A stretch of 43,173 bases of DNA from a virus. Lineage: Duplodnaviria; Caudoviricetes. Positions 22,513 to 33,259 of the stretch are shown piece by piece. The stretch spans positions 1 through 43,173 of IMG/VR virus record IMGVR_UViG_3300023174_000293, one strand, 5' to 3'. Under the pieces are notes generated by a model. That model was not told the DNA's origin. It did not search any database and saw only the letters and a list, made by a program, of their open reading frames with translations. Position 1 is the first letter of the stretch; each line of letters begins with the position of its first letter. Both the position numbers and the translations under genes were made by a program.

Positions 22513-23550
22513 ATGAACAGAAACTTATTCAATTTCAATTTGTTACTTGGGTTTTCCGCACTATTCATAGCTGGATGTGCCGCTTTTTTCTCTATATGGG
22601 GAATAGGATTGTTATTTTCAGGTGCTTCGATTGCATCAATGGTAATGGCATCATCACTTGAACTTGGTAAATTAGTAGCCACATCTTTTTTATATAGATA
22701 TTGGAATCAATCCAAGTGGATATTGAAGTCGTATTTATGTGGAGCGGTATTTATTCTAATGTTGATTACATCTTTAGGTATTTTTGGATATCTTACTAGT
22801 GCATATCAACAGTCTTCTATTAAATACAGTATGATGATGGATACCATTAAATTGTTAGAAGAACAGAAAACCCAAGAACAGTTAAAAATAACAGAGGTTA
22901 AATCACGGGTAGGATCACTATTATCATTGAGAAAAACACAAGAATCAAGACTTAGTGAAATAAATACTAATTCTTTATTAGCTAGAAATCCAATACAATT
23001 TAGACAGGTACAGGATCAAACAATGGAGTTAATTGATCAGACTGACAAAAATATCAAAGCAGAAAATGAAAAGTCTTTAACATATTCTTCGGCTATTGAT
23101 AATATTGATAAGAAAATTTCAGAACTTAAATTAAGTACATCTGCCAATAAAGATATTCAGACATTTAAATTTGTTGCTGACGAATTGAATATGAACTTGA
23201 ATACAGTAGTCAAATGGTTTATTGTAGTACTTATATTCGTATTCGATCCACTTGCCGTTGCTTTAATATTAGCTTATAATATGTCGATGAGTAAAGAATA
23301 TGCTATATATAAACCGAATAAATCAGAAAATGATAACAGTAAGGTTTCATCCAGTGATGTTGTAGTTGAAACTCAAAAAGAAAATGTTGTAGATGAAATT
23401 AAAGATCAAGAAGAAAATGTCAATAATTTAGAAACAATTATTGAAAAATACGACGAAAACCATGATGGAAAATTGGATGAAGAGGAAACAAAAAAAATTG
23501 TAAAAAATCAAGGTGATGATTTCTTCAAACGATATTTTTCACATAGATAG
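22513..23550 (+). CDS. Multi-pass membrane protein with a coiled coil and an EF-hand-like tail
   Basis: N-terminal TM helices, LELGKLV, TSLGIFGYL, IFVFDPLA; DENHDGKLDEEE. Confidence 0.8.
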   Translation: MNRNLFNFNLLLGFSALFIAGCAAFFSIWGIGLLFSGASIASMVMASSLELGKLVATSFLYRYWNQSKWILKSYLCGAVFILMLITSLGIFGYLTSAYQQSSIKYSMMMDTIKLLEEQKTQEQLKITEVKSRVGSLLSLRKTQESRLSEINTNSLLARNPIQFRQVQDQTMELIDQTDKNIKAENEKSLTYSSAIDNIDKKISELKLSTSANKDIQTFKFVADELNMNLNTVVKWFIVVLIFVFDPLAVALILAYNMSMSKEYAIYKPNKSENDNSKVSSSDVVVETQKENVVDEIKDQEENVNNLETIIEKYDENHDGKLDEEETKKIVKNQGDDFFKRYFSHR

Positions 23551-23628
23551 TTTATTTTTTTGATGTTTACATTTGTTAGTACTATTTAACTTTATTCGTT
23601 CAAGTGTGAATAAATATTTTAAGTACTT

Positions 23629-23766
23629 ATGAGTCAAGAAGAAATTTGTGAAATTGTACAGATGTTAAGAGAAGCAAAAATTAACAAAGATTGGGATTTA
23701 GTAGACGAAGCGTTTATATATCTTACAAATTATTGTAGTGAATATGAACAAGAAGACGATGAATGA
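23629..23766 (+). CDS. 45-aa acidic hypothetical protein, absent from the ORF track
   Basis: MSQEEICEIVQMLREAKINKDWDLVDEAFIYLTNYCSEYEQEDDE; stop 3 nt before the next ATG. Confidence 0.65.
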   Translation: MSQEEICEIVQMLREAKINKDWDLVDEAFIYLTNYCSEYEQEDDE

Positions 23767-23769
23767 TTT

Positions 23770-24063
23770 ATGATTATTATATTAAGTTTATTGACAGGAT
23801 TGTTTTGTGCAACAACAATTATATTATGTTATATTGTTAATTCTTGTCAATATAAAATTGACGTGTATGAGGGTTGGATAGTAGAATTTAAAAATGATAT
23901 AAATGACGTTTATCGTGAAATAAAAATCGTTGATGATAAACATATTTTTGAAAAGGACGATGATGTGGGATCAACCTTTTCACAGTTATATTCAATAATT
24001 CAAAAACTCAATCAAAGGATCGACTCCAATGTTAAAAACAAAAACCAAGAAGAAAAATTCTAA
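23770..24063 (+). CDS. Hypothetical membrane-anchored protein
   Basis: N-terminal TM helix; FEKDDDVG..F motif. Confidence 0.75.
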   Translation: MIIILSLLTGLFCATTIILCYIVNSCQYKIDVYEGWIVEFKNDINDVYREIKIVDDKHIFEKDDDVGSTFSQLYSIIQKLNQRIDSNVKNKNQEEKF

Positions 24064-24922
24064 AATAAAAAGTAACAAAAAATCTAACCGTGGAGTTGTT
24101 ACTTCTATTTCTAAGAAAAAAAAGAAAGTTGCAAAGAAACTAAAAACATCTAATAAAAAAGTGATTAAGAAAAATAAGTTGCGTATCGTTACAATTTCCG
24201 AAACGCCAATAATCGAATCTTCAAAGAAAACCAAAAGGACACGAAAGCCAAAGGATAAGATGTATTTTACATCTGAAACTGAGGAAGCGATTAATCAATA
24301 TAATCAATCGCAAGAGCAGTCAGAACGTGACGAAATTTATAATAGTAAAATCAAATATGCGTTTGAAAAGTTAGTTGAGAACGTATTTAATACATTTAAG
24401 TTTTGTTATTTTGAAACGGGTCCAATTGAAGTACAAAAGGAGACAATTGCTCATTTGGTTGCCAATATACATAAGTTTGAAAGTGGTAAAGGTAAAGCCT
24501 TTAGTTATTTTAGTATTATTGCTAAAAACTATTTGATCTTTCAAAACAACACCAATTATAAACGTTTTAATCAACATGTTGAAATAAGTGATGATACAAA
24601 TGAAAACACTTATAAACTACAACAAGACGATCCACATTATAAAGAAGAAGAAAATCGTGAATTCATTAACATGATGGTTTCATATTGGGAAAATAACGTA
24701 AATAAAATTTTCACTAAACAACGTGATATTAACATTGCAAATGCGGTTATTGAGTTGTTTAGAAACAGTGATAGAATCGATGCGTTTAATAAGAAAGCAT
24801 TGTATTTGTATATACGAGAGATTTCATCATGTAAAACACAACAGATAACTAAGGTTATTAATCGAATGAAAAACTATCAGAATAATATCACCAAGTCATA
24901 TGTAAAGAACGGTATACTATAA
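24029..24922 (+). CDS. Phage sigma-factor-like protein (T4 gp55-like) with a Lys-rich N-terminus
   Basis: KFESGKGKAFSYFSIIAKNYLI resembles sigma region 2; located ahead of the structural module. Confidence 0.65.
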   Translation: MLKTKTKKKNSKIKSNKKSNRGVVTSISKKKKKVAKKLKTSNKKVIKKNKLRIVTISETPIIESSKKTKRTRKPKDKMYFTSETEEAINQYNQSQEQSERDEIYNSKIKYAFEKLVENVFNTFKFCYFETGPIEVQKETIAHLVANIHKFESGKGKAFSYFSIIAKNYLIFQNNTNYKRFNQHVEISDDTNENTYKLQQDDPHYKEEENREFINMMVSYWENNVNKIFTKQRDINIANAVIELFRNSDRIDAFNKKALYLYIREISSCKTQQITKVINRMKNYQNNITKSYVKNGIL

Positions 24923-24946
24923 AAGTGTTATAAAATAAAATAATGA

Positions 24947-24973
24947 AAACCACTCTAAAAGGAGTGGTTTTTC
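24947..24973 (+). terminator. Intrinsic terminator
   Basis: AAACCACTC-taaaag-GAGTGGTTTTT. Confidence 0.8.
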
Positions 24974-24997
24974 TATTTATAATAATAAGTACCAAGT

Positions 24998-25366
24998 ATG
25001 GATAATGATATTGAGATATATAAAAACAAGAAGTTTTCTGATCTGTGCAAGGATATTGTTAAGAATTCCCAAAACAATCGTGATCAACTTGATATTTTGA
25101 TTAGCGATTTAAGATCGATGATTAAAACTGCAAATGACGCTTTAATGATCGTACCATTGATTAGAGAGTACTTTGATATTCAGGTTAAAAATGATGAACA
25201 GTTAGTTAAATTGGCATCGGTTATTCAACGTATTATGAGCCGACAAACAATTGGAATTGATGGTGAAACGAATGGATTTTTAACTGACGAAGAAAAACGT
25301 CAAATTATGAGTGAAATCGAATCGATAAGCAAAGCAAACGGAGAGATAAAGATTAATAAGTCTTAA
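24998..25366 (+). CDS. Hypothetical phage protein
   Basis: 122-aa helical ORF heading the structural operon. Confidence 0.8.
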   Translation: MDNDIEIYKNKKFSDLCKDIVKNSQNNRDQLDILISDLRSMIKTANDALMIVPLIREYFDIQVKNDEQLVKLASVIQRIMSRQTIGIDGETNGFLTDEEKRQIMSEIESISKANGEIKINKS

Positions 25367-25367
25367 T

Positions 25368-27083
25368 ATGAGTGGAAATTCACCTATAGCAATGGATCAG
25401 TCAAAAGACGTAAATCTTTTGGCAACAAAACGTGATTTAAAGTTTTTATTGACGGATATTTCACCGTCTTTTCAATATGAGCCAGCTGTCGTACTCGACA
25501 TAATATTGGATAAAACTCACCCGGAAATAATAGAAAATGGACACTATCTGGACCCAGATCAGTGGCCTGAAAATTACATTGGTAAAAAGCCAACCATTGA
25601 TGACTATGATTATACGTGGATTGGAAGAGCAAAAATTAGATTACTTAACTCACAAACCACATTGCCTAAGGAAGGTTTGTCATGGGCAATGCCCCTTGAA
25701 AACAACATTTCTGAATATCCATTAGTAAATGAAATTGTTGGAATAATAAAGTATAACAACAATTTATACTACACTAGAAAAATTAACTATAAGAATTTTG
25801 TTAATAATAACGCTGATGTAGCGTTTGAACAAACTTATGGTGCAAACATGGGTAATCGTGAAGAGTATAAAAGTGACACGGATCCGTTTATTGATTATAA
25901 AGGGCCATTAAGTAAGTTAAGAGCAGAAGGTGGATATGGGTTTGAAGGATCTTTAGGAAGATATTTTTTACACAATCCAAATATTAGATCCTTACAAAGA
26001 TTTGAAGGTGATCATGTAATTGAGAGTCGTTTTGGACAATCACTTCGATTTTCTGCCTACGATGACAATCGTTCTAATGATAAGGCATATGATTCGAATC
26101 CCACGCATGATTTTGAAAAAGGGTATTCTGATTATAATATTGGAAATAGAAAAACCAACAATTTTTTCAATAACAAATATGAGGTTGGTGGTGGCAATCC
26201 GATGGTTTTATTGAGAAACCGTCAACGTCCTTTGAAAAAGACAACGGAAATACAATTACATCCAAGACTTCCTAAAATCTATCCAATCGATGAAACCGAT
26301 TTAACGCATCCTGAAAGAAACACTGGAGGATATTTATTAGAGGATATTAATAACGATGGTACATCCATTCACATTACATCTGGATGTACTATATCAAAGT
26401 TTGTAAGTACATGTTACAAAAAGATTTTTGGAATTGCGGGAAATGATACTGGAGAAGAAGTTGATGCATTTGCTCCATCTAATTCAACTAAGTTCAAGTA
26501 TCCCATACTTAATAAAGACCAAATTATTATTAATACAGATCGTATTATTTTTAGTAGTAGATTTTCTGAAACATTACATTTTTCAAAAAAGAGATATGCC
26601 ATTGTAACCGATAGTGAATATACAGTAGATGCCCATGAACAAGTTGTAATTACTACAAATACTAAAGCTGTAATAAACAGTCCTGCGATTTATTTGGGAC
26701 AATATGATGAAACAAACGAACCTGCTTTGTTGGGTCAAACAACTGTTGATTTACTATTTGATATGTGTGAATGGTTAAAAACCCACGTTCATTGGTATTA
26801 CCATTCACATCCTGATGCAGGTGGTGCCGAACCCCCATTCACACAAGTGCCTGTTCAGTTGGTTGAGTTGGAGAAGATACAAAATAGATTATCCACTATG
26901 TTAAGTCGAAGGGTGTTTTTGACGGGTGGAGGATATGCTCCGGGTCAAAACGGCGGAACAATAACAGATGGTGCAGCGCCAGTAACGATCAATACTGAGA
27001 CGGGTGAAGGCGTTCCCGGTGGATTCAATAACTTTGATAGACGAACAAGACAAGTTTCTGATCAGAGTCAAATTGAAACATAA
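25368..27083 (+). CDS. Baseplate hub/central spike (gp5-like) protein
   Basis: EGDHVIESRFGQSLRF; beta-helix-like C-terminus; HVHWYYHSHP His cluster; upstream of gp25/gp6. Confidence 0.65.
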   Translation: MSGNSPIAMDQSKDVNLLATKRDLKFLLTDISPSFQYEPAVVLDIILDKTHPEIIENGHYLDPDQWPENYIGKKPTIDDYDYTWIGRAKIRLLNSQTTLPKEGLSWAMPLENNISEYPLVNEIVGIIKYNNNLYYTRKINYKNFVNNNADVAFEQTYGANMGNREEYKSDTDPFIDYKGPLSKLRAEGGYGFEGSLGRYFLHNPNIRSLQRFEGDHVIESRFGQSLRFSAYDDNRSNDKAYDSNPTHDFEKGYSDYNIGNRKTNNFFNNKYEVGGGNPMVLLRNRQRPLKKTTEIQLHPRLPKIYPIDETDLTHPERNTGGYLLEDINNDGTSIHITSGCTISKFVSTCYKKIFGIAGNDTGEEVDAFAPSNSTKFKYPILNKDQIIINTDRIIFSSRFSETLHFSKKRYAIVTDSEYTVDAHEQVVITTNTKAVINSPAIYLGQYDETNEPALLGQTTVDLLFDMCEWLKTHVHWYYHSHPDAGGAEPPFTQVPVQLVELEKIQNRLSTMLSRRVFLTGGGYAPGQNGGTITDGAAPVTINTETGEGVPGGFNNFDRRTRQVSDQSQIET

Positions 27084-27122
27084 GTGGATTTCAGACCATA
27101 TATTTTGATATTTAATATTACT

Positions 27123-27545
27123 ATGACAAAAGACACATTAAAACAAATCATACGTGAAATAGTACAAGAAGAGGTTCGTATAGCGATTCCTCAAATTATG
27201 ACTGAGATGTTTTCCTCAAAATTAAACCAACTTGTACCTAACAAACCGGTGACTCAAAAACCAACGGTACAGCCTATAGTACAACCTACAGTTAAGAAGG
27301 AATACAAGAAATATACAGATAATGAACTTCTTAATAAAGCACTAAATGAAACGGTAGGTGGTCTTCCAAGAGAAGGTGACCTAGTTTCGTCTGGAATGAA
27401 TAATGTATCATCAGTCATGGATCATGTTGATAAAGCTCCTCCAGCGGTCGCCCAGGCACTAACAAAAGACTATTCTGCGTTGATGAAAGCTATGGATAAG
27501 AAACGTGGTAGTGGAGGTTCATCAAATCTTGTGGGAATGATGTAA
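27123..27545 (+). CDS. Hypothetical virion-associated protein
   Basis: ATG at 27123; LKQIIREIVQEEV N-terminus. Confidence 0.75.
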   Translation: MTKDTLKQIIREIVQEEVRIAIPQIMTEMFSSKLNQLVPNKPVTQKPTVQPIVQPTVKKEYKKYTDNELLNKALNETVGGLPREGDLVSSGMNNVSSVMDHVDKAPPAVAQALTKDYSALMKAMDKKRGSGGSSNLVGMM

Positions 27546-27546
27546 T

Positions 27547-27936
27547 ATGGCAACATTGTATCCAATAGGATTAACTTTACCCATTCAAAACGGTAATAGT
27601 GGTTTTTTTAATCAAACCATATATACGTTAGAACAGGTGAAAACAAATATTCGTAATTTGTTGAGTACCAAAAAAGGAGAACGTCGTATGCAACCCACGT
27701 TTGGTCACTCATTGAATAATTTTGTTTTTGATCCCAATGATACAACGTTGGCTCAACGAGTAAAACAATCACTCACTTCTGATATAACATTTTGGGTACC
27801 GGTAGTGACAATCAATAATATTGATGTTAAAGTTTTAAAAAGAGAGGACGTTGATATTTATAGATTACACATTAACCTTACAATTTCAGTGAACAACGAT
27901 ACAACACAAATTGAAATGTTTTTGGAAGATAACTAA
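27547..27936 (+). CDS. Baseplate wedge/sheath initiator, gp25-like
   Basis: NIRNLLSTKKGERRMQPTFG motif. Confidence 0.92.
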   Translation: MATLYPIGLTLPIQNGNSGFFNQTIYTLEQVKTNIRNLLSTKKGERRMQPTFGHSLNNFVFDPNDTTLAQRVKQSLTSDITFWVPVVTINNIDVKVLKREDVDIYRLHINLTISVNNDTTQIEMFLEDN

Positions 27937-27938
27937 TT

Positions 27939-29894
27939 ATGGCCTCTAATACACAGAAAACATTTAAACCGTTAACAAATAAGGACGTTTCTTATTTGAA
28001 CCGTGATTTTTCTCAGTTCAAGAAAAACCTGATTGATTATACCAAAACTTATTTTCCAAAAAACTATCAAGACTTTTCGGATTCATCGCCGGGTACTATT
28101 TTTATAGATATGGCAGCATACGTTGGTGATGTTTTGTCATTTTATTTGGATCAACAGTTCAAAGAAAGTTTGTTTCCTTATACCGAGGAACGTAAAAACG
28201 TATTAGCATTGTCTAAATTTTTAGGGTATAAACCTAAAGTTTCTAGACCGTCTTTAACAAATTTTGATGTATATCAGTTAGTACCGTCTGTTAAAAACTC
28301 GTCCGGTGAGTATATTCCCGATGAAAAATATACATTACGCATTAAGGCTGGAATGCAGCTGATCAATAGTAGTGGAGTGGGATTTGTAACTACAGATGTG
28401 ATTGATTTCTCAATGGATACGACAAATTCACCAAGAGAAATAACAGTGAGTTCCCGTGATGATTTTGGAATTCCACAATTCTTTCTGATTAAGAAAACCG
28501 TCAACGGAATCTCTGGTCAGATTGTAACCAAGACTTTTATTGTAAATGAAAGTACACCATATTACAAATTATATTTGGATGAATCAAACGTATTAGAAAT
28601 ACTAGATGTCCGTGATCAAGATAATATTCCATGGTACGAAGTCGATTTTCTTGCTCAAGATATTGTATTAACATCGTATGAAAATACATCACTAAATGAT
28701 GATAGATTTATTCGTTATCAGTCTTCAGTACCGAATATTGTTAAATTGTTAAGAACGCAACGAAAATTTGTAACTAATATAGATCAAAACAATTTGACAC
28801 ACATTGAGTTTGGACCAGGCAATGACAGTGTAAATGATGAAATTATTATACCATCAGCTGAAATTTTAGGCGTAAGTTTATCTAATTTAGGTAATTTAAA
28901 CGCAACAATCGATCCATCTAACATAGTAAATTCGGATTCGTTTGGTGTATATCCAAAACAAGGAACTCAGTTTACGATTAAATATTTGGTAGGTGGTGGT
29001 GTTGAGTCAAACAGTCAAACCAATGATATTAACCGAATTGTTAGTGTCGAGTATGAAAATGACATTTCAATTTTATCCACGGCTGAACAGAACTTATTTC
29101 AGGTTGTAAGAAATTCACTAGCAGCTGAAAACAATACTCCTGCTGTTGGGGGTGATGGACCAGAATCAACAGATGAAATTAAACAAAACGCTACAGCATT
29201 TTTTGCTGCTCAAAATCGTGTTGTAACTGCGGATGATTATATTGCTCGTTGTTACGCAATGCCGGCGAAGTTTGGATCGATTGCAAAAACAACGGTAATT
29301 TCTGATAACAATTTAAATGCAAATTCAGTTGTGGAAGGTGAACTTACACAAACTGATCAGGTACTAAGTAATAGAAAAATAAGTGGAAATTTACAAAATC
29401 CATTTGCTGTAAACATGTATTTGTTAAGTTATGATAATGATAAAAAACTTACAAAACCAAACATTGCTTTGTTACATAATTTACGTCAGTATTTGAGTCG
29501 TTATCGTATGATGACAGACGGCATCAATTTGATTGATGGATATATCATCAACATTGGCGTAGAGTTTAAGATCGTAACATATAATAATTTTAACAAGAAA
29601 GAAGTACTTGCAAACTGTGTACAGTCAATCAAGAACTTTTTCAATATCGATTTGTGGGGATTCAATCAACCAATTAACTTGAGTCAATTGGAATTGGAAA
29701 TTGCACGTGTAGAGGGTGTACAATCAGTTGCACATTTAAAAGTAAATAATTTAACATCACAAAATGGAAACTATTCGAATGTTGAATATAACATTGATGC
29801 TGCAATTGTTAACAAAATCATTTATCCGTCGCTTGATCCATGTGTATTTGAGTTGAAGTACCCAGACGTAGATATTAAAGCCACGGCTGTATAA
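27939..29894 (+). CDS. Baseplate wedge protein, T4 gp6/baseplate-J-like
   Basis: RDFSQFK...AYVGDVLSFYLD...LGYKP; GGDGPES; QNRVVTADDY. Confidence 0.9.
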   Translation: MASNTQKTFKPLTNKDVSYLNRDFSQFKKNLIDYTKTYFPKNYQDFSDSSPGTIFIDMAAYVGDVLSFYLDQQFKESLFPYTEERKNVLALSKFLGYKPKVSRPSLTNFDVYQLVPSVKNSSGEYIPDEKYTLRIKAGMQLINSSGVGFVTTDVIDFSMDTTNSPREITVSSRDDFGIPQFFLIKKTVNGISGQIVTKTFIVNESTPYYKLYLDESNVLEILDVRDQDNIPWYEVDFLAQDIVLTSYENTSLNDDRFIRYQSSVPNIVKLLRTQRKFVTNIDQNNLTHIEFGPGNDSVNDEIIIPSAEILGVSLSNLGNLNATIDPSNIVNSDSFGVYPKQGTQFTIKYLVGGGVESNSQTNDINRIVSVEYENDISILSTAEQNLFQVVRNSLAAENNTPAVGGDGPESTDEIKQNATAFFAAQNRVVTADDYIARCYAMPAKFGSIAKTTVISDNNLNANSVVEGELTQTDQVLSNRKISGNLQNPFAVNMYLLSYDNDKKLTKPNIALLHNLRQYLSRYRMMTDGINLIDGYIINIGVEFKIVTYNNFNKKEVLANCVQSIKNFFNIDLWGFNQPINLSQLELEIARVEGVQSVAHLKVNNLTSQNGNYSNVEYNIDAAIVNKIIYPSLDPCVFELKYPDVDIKATAV

Positions 29895-29895
29895 T

Positions 29896-31566
29896 ATGCA
29901 TATTTTCATATATCCATCAAAAGACACATACATTACAAATTTAACCAATCTTTCTGATAGAAATTTTGGTATAGATGAACTTTTAAATGTTAGTTGTATT
30001 GCATCTACCGCCAAATCGGTGGTCAAATATCAATACGGCACTATAGATTCTACGAACTATATTTTAAACAATATAGTAAATTACACTGGATCGTTAGTGG
30101 GATATTTGTCAGGAACTACAACAAATGTAATTATATCTGACGATTCTGACGCAACAACAATTTCATATGGATCTGTATTAGGCACAGTAAATCCTACATC
30201 ATCTTGTGCAGATTTTAGCTCGTCACTATTTACAGGAAATGTGACTGGAAGTATTTCCGGATATGTTTCAAACGCTGTATTGAACGGAAATACATATACG
30301 TCACAAACGATATCGTTAACACACGTTAGTGGAAGTGTTACTAATTTATCAGGAAGTGTATCCGGATCGAATGTAAATGGTGATGTATCTGGTAGTTTCA
30401 ATGGAACCATCATAGTGTTTTCTGGAAGCTTATATGGTGTTTCTGGAAATCTAGAAGGTGATATGTCTGGAAGTTATAGTTACTATAATCCTAGATTTTC
30501 ATTTGTCACCAATTCAAAATTTAGTAGAACATTGTTGAAATTTGATGTATCTTCTATATCAAGTTCTATAGCATCTGGTGACATTGTTGATCCGAAGTTT
30601 GTTTTAAACATGAAAGTTTTAAAACAACAAGAACTTCCATTGGATTATACAATTTATTCATATCCAATTAGTCAAAGTTGGGAAATGGGAACCGGAAGAT
30701 ATGCTGATGATGGTTCCACTATTGGAGCGAGTTGGTTGTATAAAGATTTTTCTGAAGGAACAAATTGGTATCCATTTGAACCAACAAACGATATGTACAA
30801 CTATTTGACAAATGAGTCGAATAAATCATATGCATTTCGTAATGGAGGTGGTACATGGTACTATTCAGTTCCAAATACAGTAACGGTTCCAACATCAAGT
30901 TTCTGTTCAACTCTTGTTACAGGTAGTTCTTTAATCATGTCTCAAAGTTTTTCATATGAGGCATCTGATATTAAGATGGAGGTAACCCCGGTTGTTAAAT
31001 CGTGGATGTGTGGATGTATACCAAATGAAGGATTTATTTTGCTTACATCTGAGGAGTTAAATACTCAAAATGTATCAAACGGCAATATTGGATTCTACAG
31101 TAAAGAAACAAATACAATTTACACTCCGTATTTGGATGTGGTATATGATGATAGTACATATAACACTGGCAGTTTGAGTCCAATTTCAGACGATGTTCAA
31201 TTAACTGTCGTATTAAAAAATGTTAAAAAACAATACAATAATGATAGTGTTGCTAGAATTAACGTATTTGCAAGAGAACGTTTTATATTGAAGAATTTTA
31301 CAAAATCTACTCAACAAACATCTTATTTGACTCCAAAATATTTACCAACCGATTCTTATTATTCAATCAAAGACACGGAAACTGAAGAAGTAATTATTGA
31401 CTTTGATGATGGTAGTAAGTTGAGTTGTGATTCAAATGGTAATTACTTTATGTTGGATATGTCAGGATTGCCTCAGGAAAGATATTTTAAGATTTTGATT
31501 AAAACCGAAGTAAATGGCGCTGTGGAAGTGTTTGATAACAATACTTATTTCAAAGTAGTAAGATGA
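29896..31566 (+). CDS. Virion structural protein with an SGS/TGS-rich insertion
   Basis: KDTYI...NFGIDE...SRTLLKFD...SWEMGTG...FYSKET..IY.PYL; located in the baseplate operon. Confidence 0.75.
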   Translation: MHIFIYPSKDTYITNLTNLSDRNFGIDELLNVSCIASTAKSVVKYQYGTIDSTNYILNNIVNYTGSLVGYLSGTTTNVIISDDSDATTISYGSVLGTVNPTSSCADFSSSLFTGNVTGSISGYVSNAVLNGNTYTSQTISLTHVSGSVTNLSGSVSGSNVNGDVSGSFNGTIIVFSGSLYGVSGNLEGDMSGSYSYYNPRFSFVTNSKFSRTLLKFDVSSISSSIASGDIVDPKFVLNMKVLKQQELPLDYTIYSYPISQSWEMGTGRYADDGSTIGASWLYKDFSEGTNWYPFEPTNDMYNYLTNESNKSYAFRNGGGTWYYSVPNTVTVPTSSFCSTLVTGSSLIMSQSFSYEASDIKMEVTPVVKSWMCGCIPNEGFILLTSEELNTQNVSNGNIGFYSKETNTIYTPYLDVVYDDSTYNTGSLSPISDDVQLTVVLKNVKKQYNNDSVARINVFARERFILKNFTKSTQQTSYLTPKYLPTDSYYSIKDTETEEVIIDFDDGSKLSCDSNGNYFMLDMSGLPQERYFKILIKTEVNGAVEVFDNNTYFKVVR

Positions 31567-33242
31567 TTACAGATATACAAAGTACATTTAAAAGTGATGG
31601 TTCATATACTAACCAGTTTGATGAATACGGCAATTTAGTTATAGTTGATTCTACTGAGAAGTATTTGGCCGTAACACTCACACGTGAAGTGTATGAAAAT
31701 AATTCGGTATCAAACATTTATACGGTTGATATTGAAGAGTTCAAGGATATTCCCGTTAAAGAAAACGCCGTCGTATCTACTTTGAAATCTGAAAAAACAA
31801 CCCTTCAATCCCAAATCAATAGTCTTACATCTGAGTTGTCAAATATGGCCAATTCGTCTGGTAAAGACGCTCTTATTTCTGCAAGTAAAGATATTATTAT
31901 TGGACTTCGTATTAAAGCGGGTGAAGGAAAATTGTCATCCGATTTCAATACAGTATTTCCATACTTGCCATTAAAATCTGCAGCAGCAGTACAATCGGAC
32001 GCATCATCTACCGGATTGGGTTCTGGTACAGTTAACGTTACATCAACAACATCTACTTCTACAGAGACGACATCAACAGAACTAACTGGTGCTCAAAAAG
32101 GATTGATACCATCGCCACAACAATGTGAACGTCAGTCTGATATTCAATTTTCACCACCTACAGAGTTTTTTGATCCAACTCCTCCTCCACTAAAACCAGT
32201 TGCTCCTGTGAGTTTAATACAAGATGTTAAACCTGTGACTGTGGTCATGTCTGTTCCTGTACATCAACTTGCTGTTCAAAAAGTTATTCCGTCGTTGGTT
32301 TCATGCGTTGAAAAATACTATCCATTTGGTAAGTATGATAATGTATGGCCATCATACGGAGTTGGTAAGAGTCCAATGATGTATAGTTATGGTGTGTATA
32401 GTGAAAAAGTTGGGGAATCTTTCCAAGTCGAATCGTCTGATACACTAACATATCAAGTGTATATTCCAACGACTGGAACGTATACATTAAAGTACTCTGT
32501 AGATAATTCCGGATACATGGCAATCGATGGTGTAAAATATATTGATCTAACAAGTGTTACTGCTCAATCTCCATATGCCTCACAGTTGGAAAACTATCAG
32601 GGCGATCATCCAAAAGCGATTCAGTTAACTGAAGGGTGGAAGACCGTTGAATTGTTTTATAAGAACTGGGGAGGACCACATTCAGTTGCCGCATTAATTT
32701 CATATGACGGTCGTATTATTTGGACGAGTCGTTATGCTTATAATCAGAAAGACTATAATGAATGTTCCGGTGGAGTCCAATCAATACAAAATACATCCGA
32801 AGACTGTATTAATCCGAAGAGTGTATTTAAGTTTACAGGTAATGTTGATCATACGTTACGCATTACATTACGTGGAACTAATGTAACATATTCTAATGAA
32901 CAATATCATGGTACATTACCACGTACTGTTAGTGAATTTTCTAATAATGGTATTGGATCCTATAATACTAATTTGACTATCAAGTGGGCAGGTCGTGGAT
33001 CTGTACAAATTAGCCAACAACCAAATTCTTCTAATAACTATACCGCAATAATTGATATTGCGGATGGAAGAAGTGGCGAAGGTACATATAATATTGAAGT
33101 ATTTCAATTGAAGTGTTCAAAATCATCAACAACTCAATTAGTTGGTGGTAATAATCGTGATGGATCTCTAAATATCGGAGGAGGATTAAATAAATCTTAT
33201 GGGGCGTCCGGAAATGTACAGATTAACAATCTAAGTCGGTAA
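31563..33242 (+). CDS. Structural protein with a PA14-like carbohydrate-binding domain
   Basis: TGTYTLKYSVDNSGYMAIDG...LTEGWKTVELFYKNWGG; Thr/Ser/Pro-rich linker. Confidence 0.7.
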   Translation: MITDIQSTFKSDGSYTNQFDEYGNLVIVDSTEKYLAVTLTREVYENNSVSNIYTVDIEEFKDIPVKENAVVSTLKSEKTTLQSQINSLTSELSNMANSSGKDALISASKDIIIGLRIKAGEGKLSSDFNTVFPYLPLKSAAAVQSDASSTGLGSGTVNVTSTTSTSTETTSTELTGAQKGLIPSPQQCERQSDIQFSPPTEFFDPTPPPLKPVAPVSLIQDVKPVTVVMSVPVHQLAVQKVIPSLVSCVEKYYPFGKYDNVWPSYGVGKSPMMYSYGVYSEKVGESFQVESSDTLTYQVYIPTTGTYTLKYSVDNSGYMAIDGVKYIDLTSVTAQSPYASQLENYQGDHPKAIQLTEGWKTVELFYKNWGGPHSVAALISYDGRIIWTSRYAYNQKDYNECSGGVQSIQNTSEDCINPKSVFKFTGNVDHTLRITLRGTNVTYSNEQYHGTLPRTVSEFSNNGIGSYNTNLTIKWAGRGSVQISQQPNSSNNYTAIIDIADGRSGEGTYNIEVFQLKCSKSSTTQLVGGNNRDGSLNIGGGLNKSYGASGNVQINNLSR

Positions 33243-33259
33243 TATATATTCATAGTCAT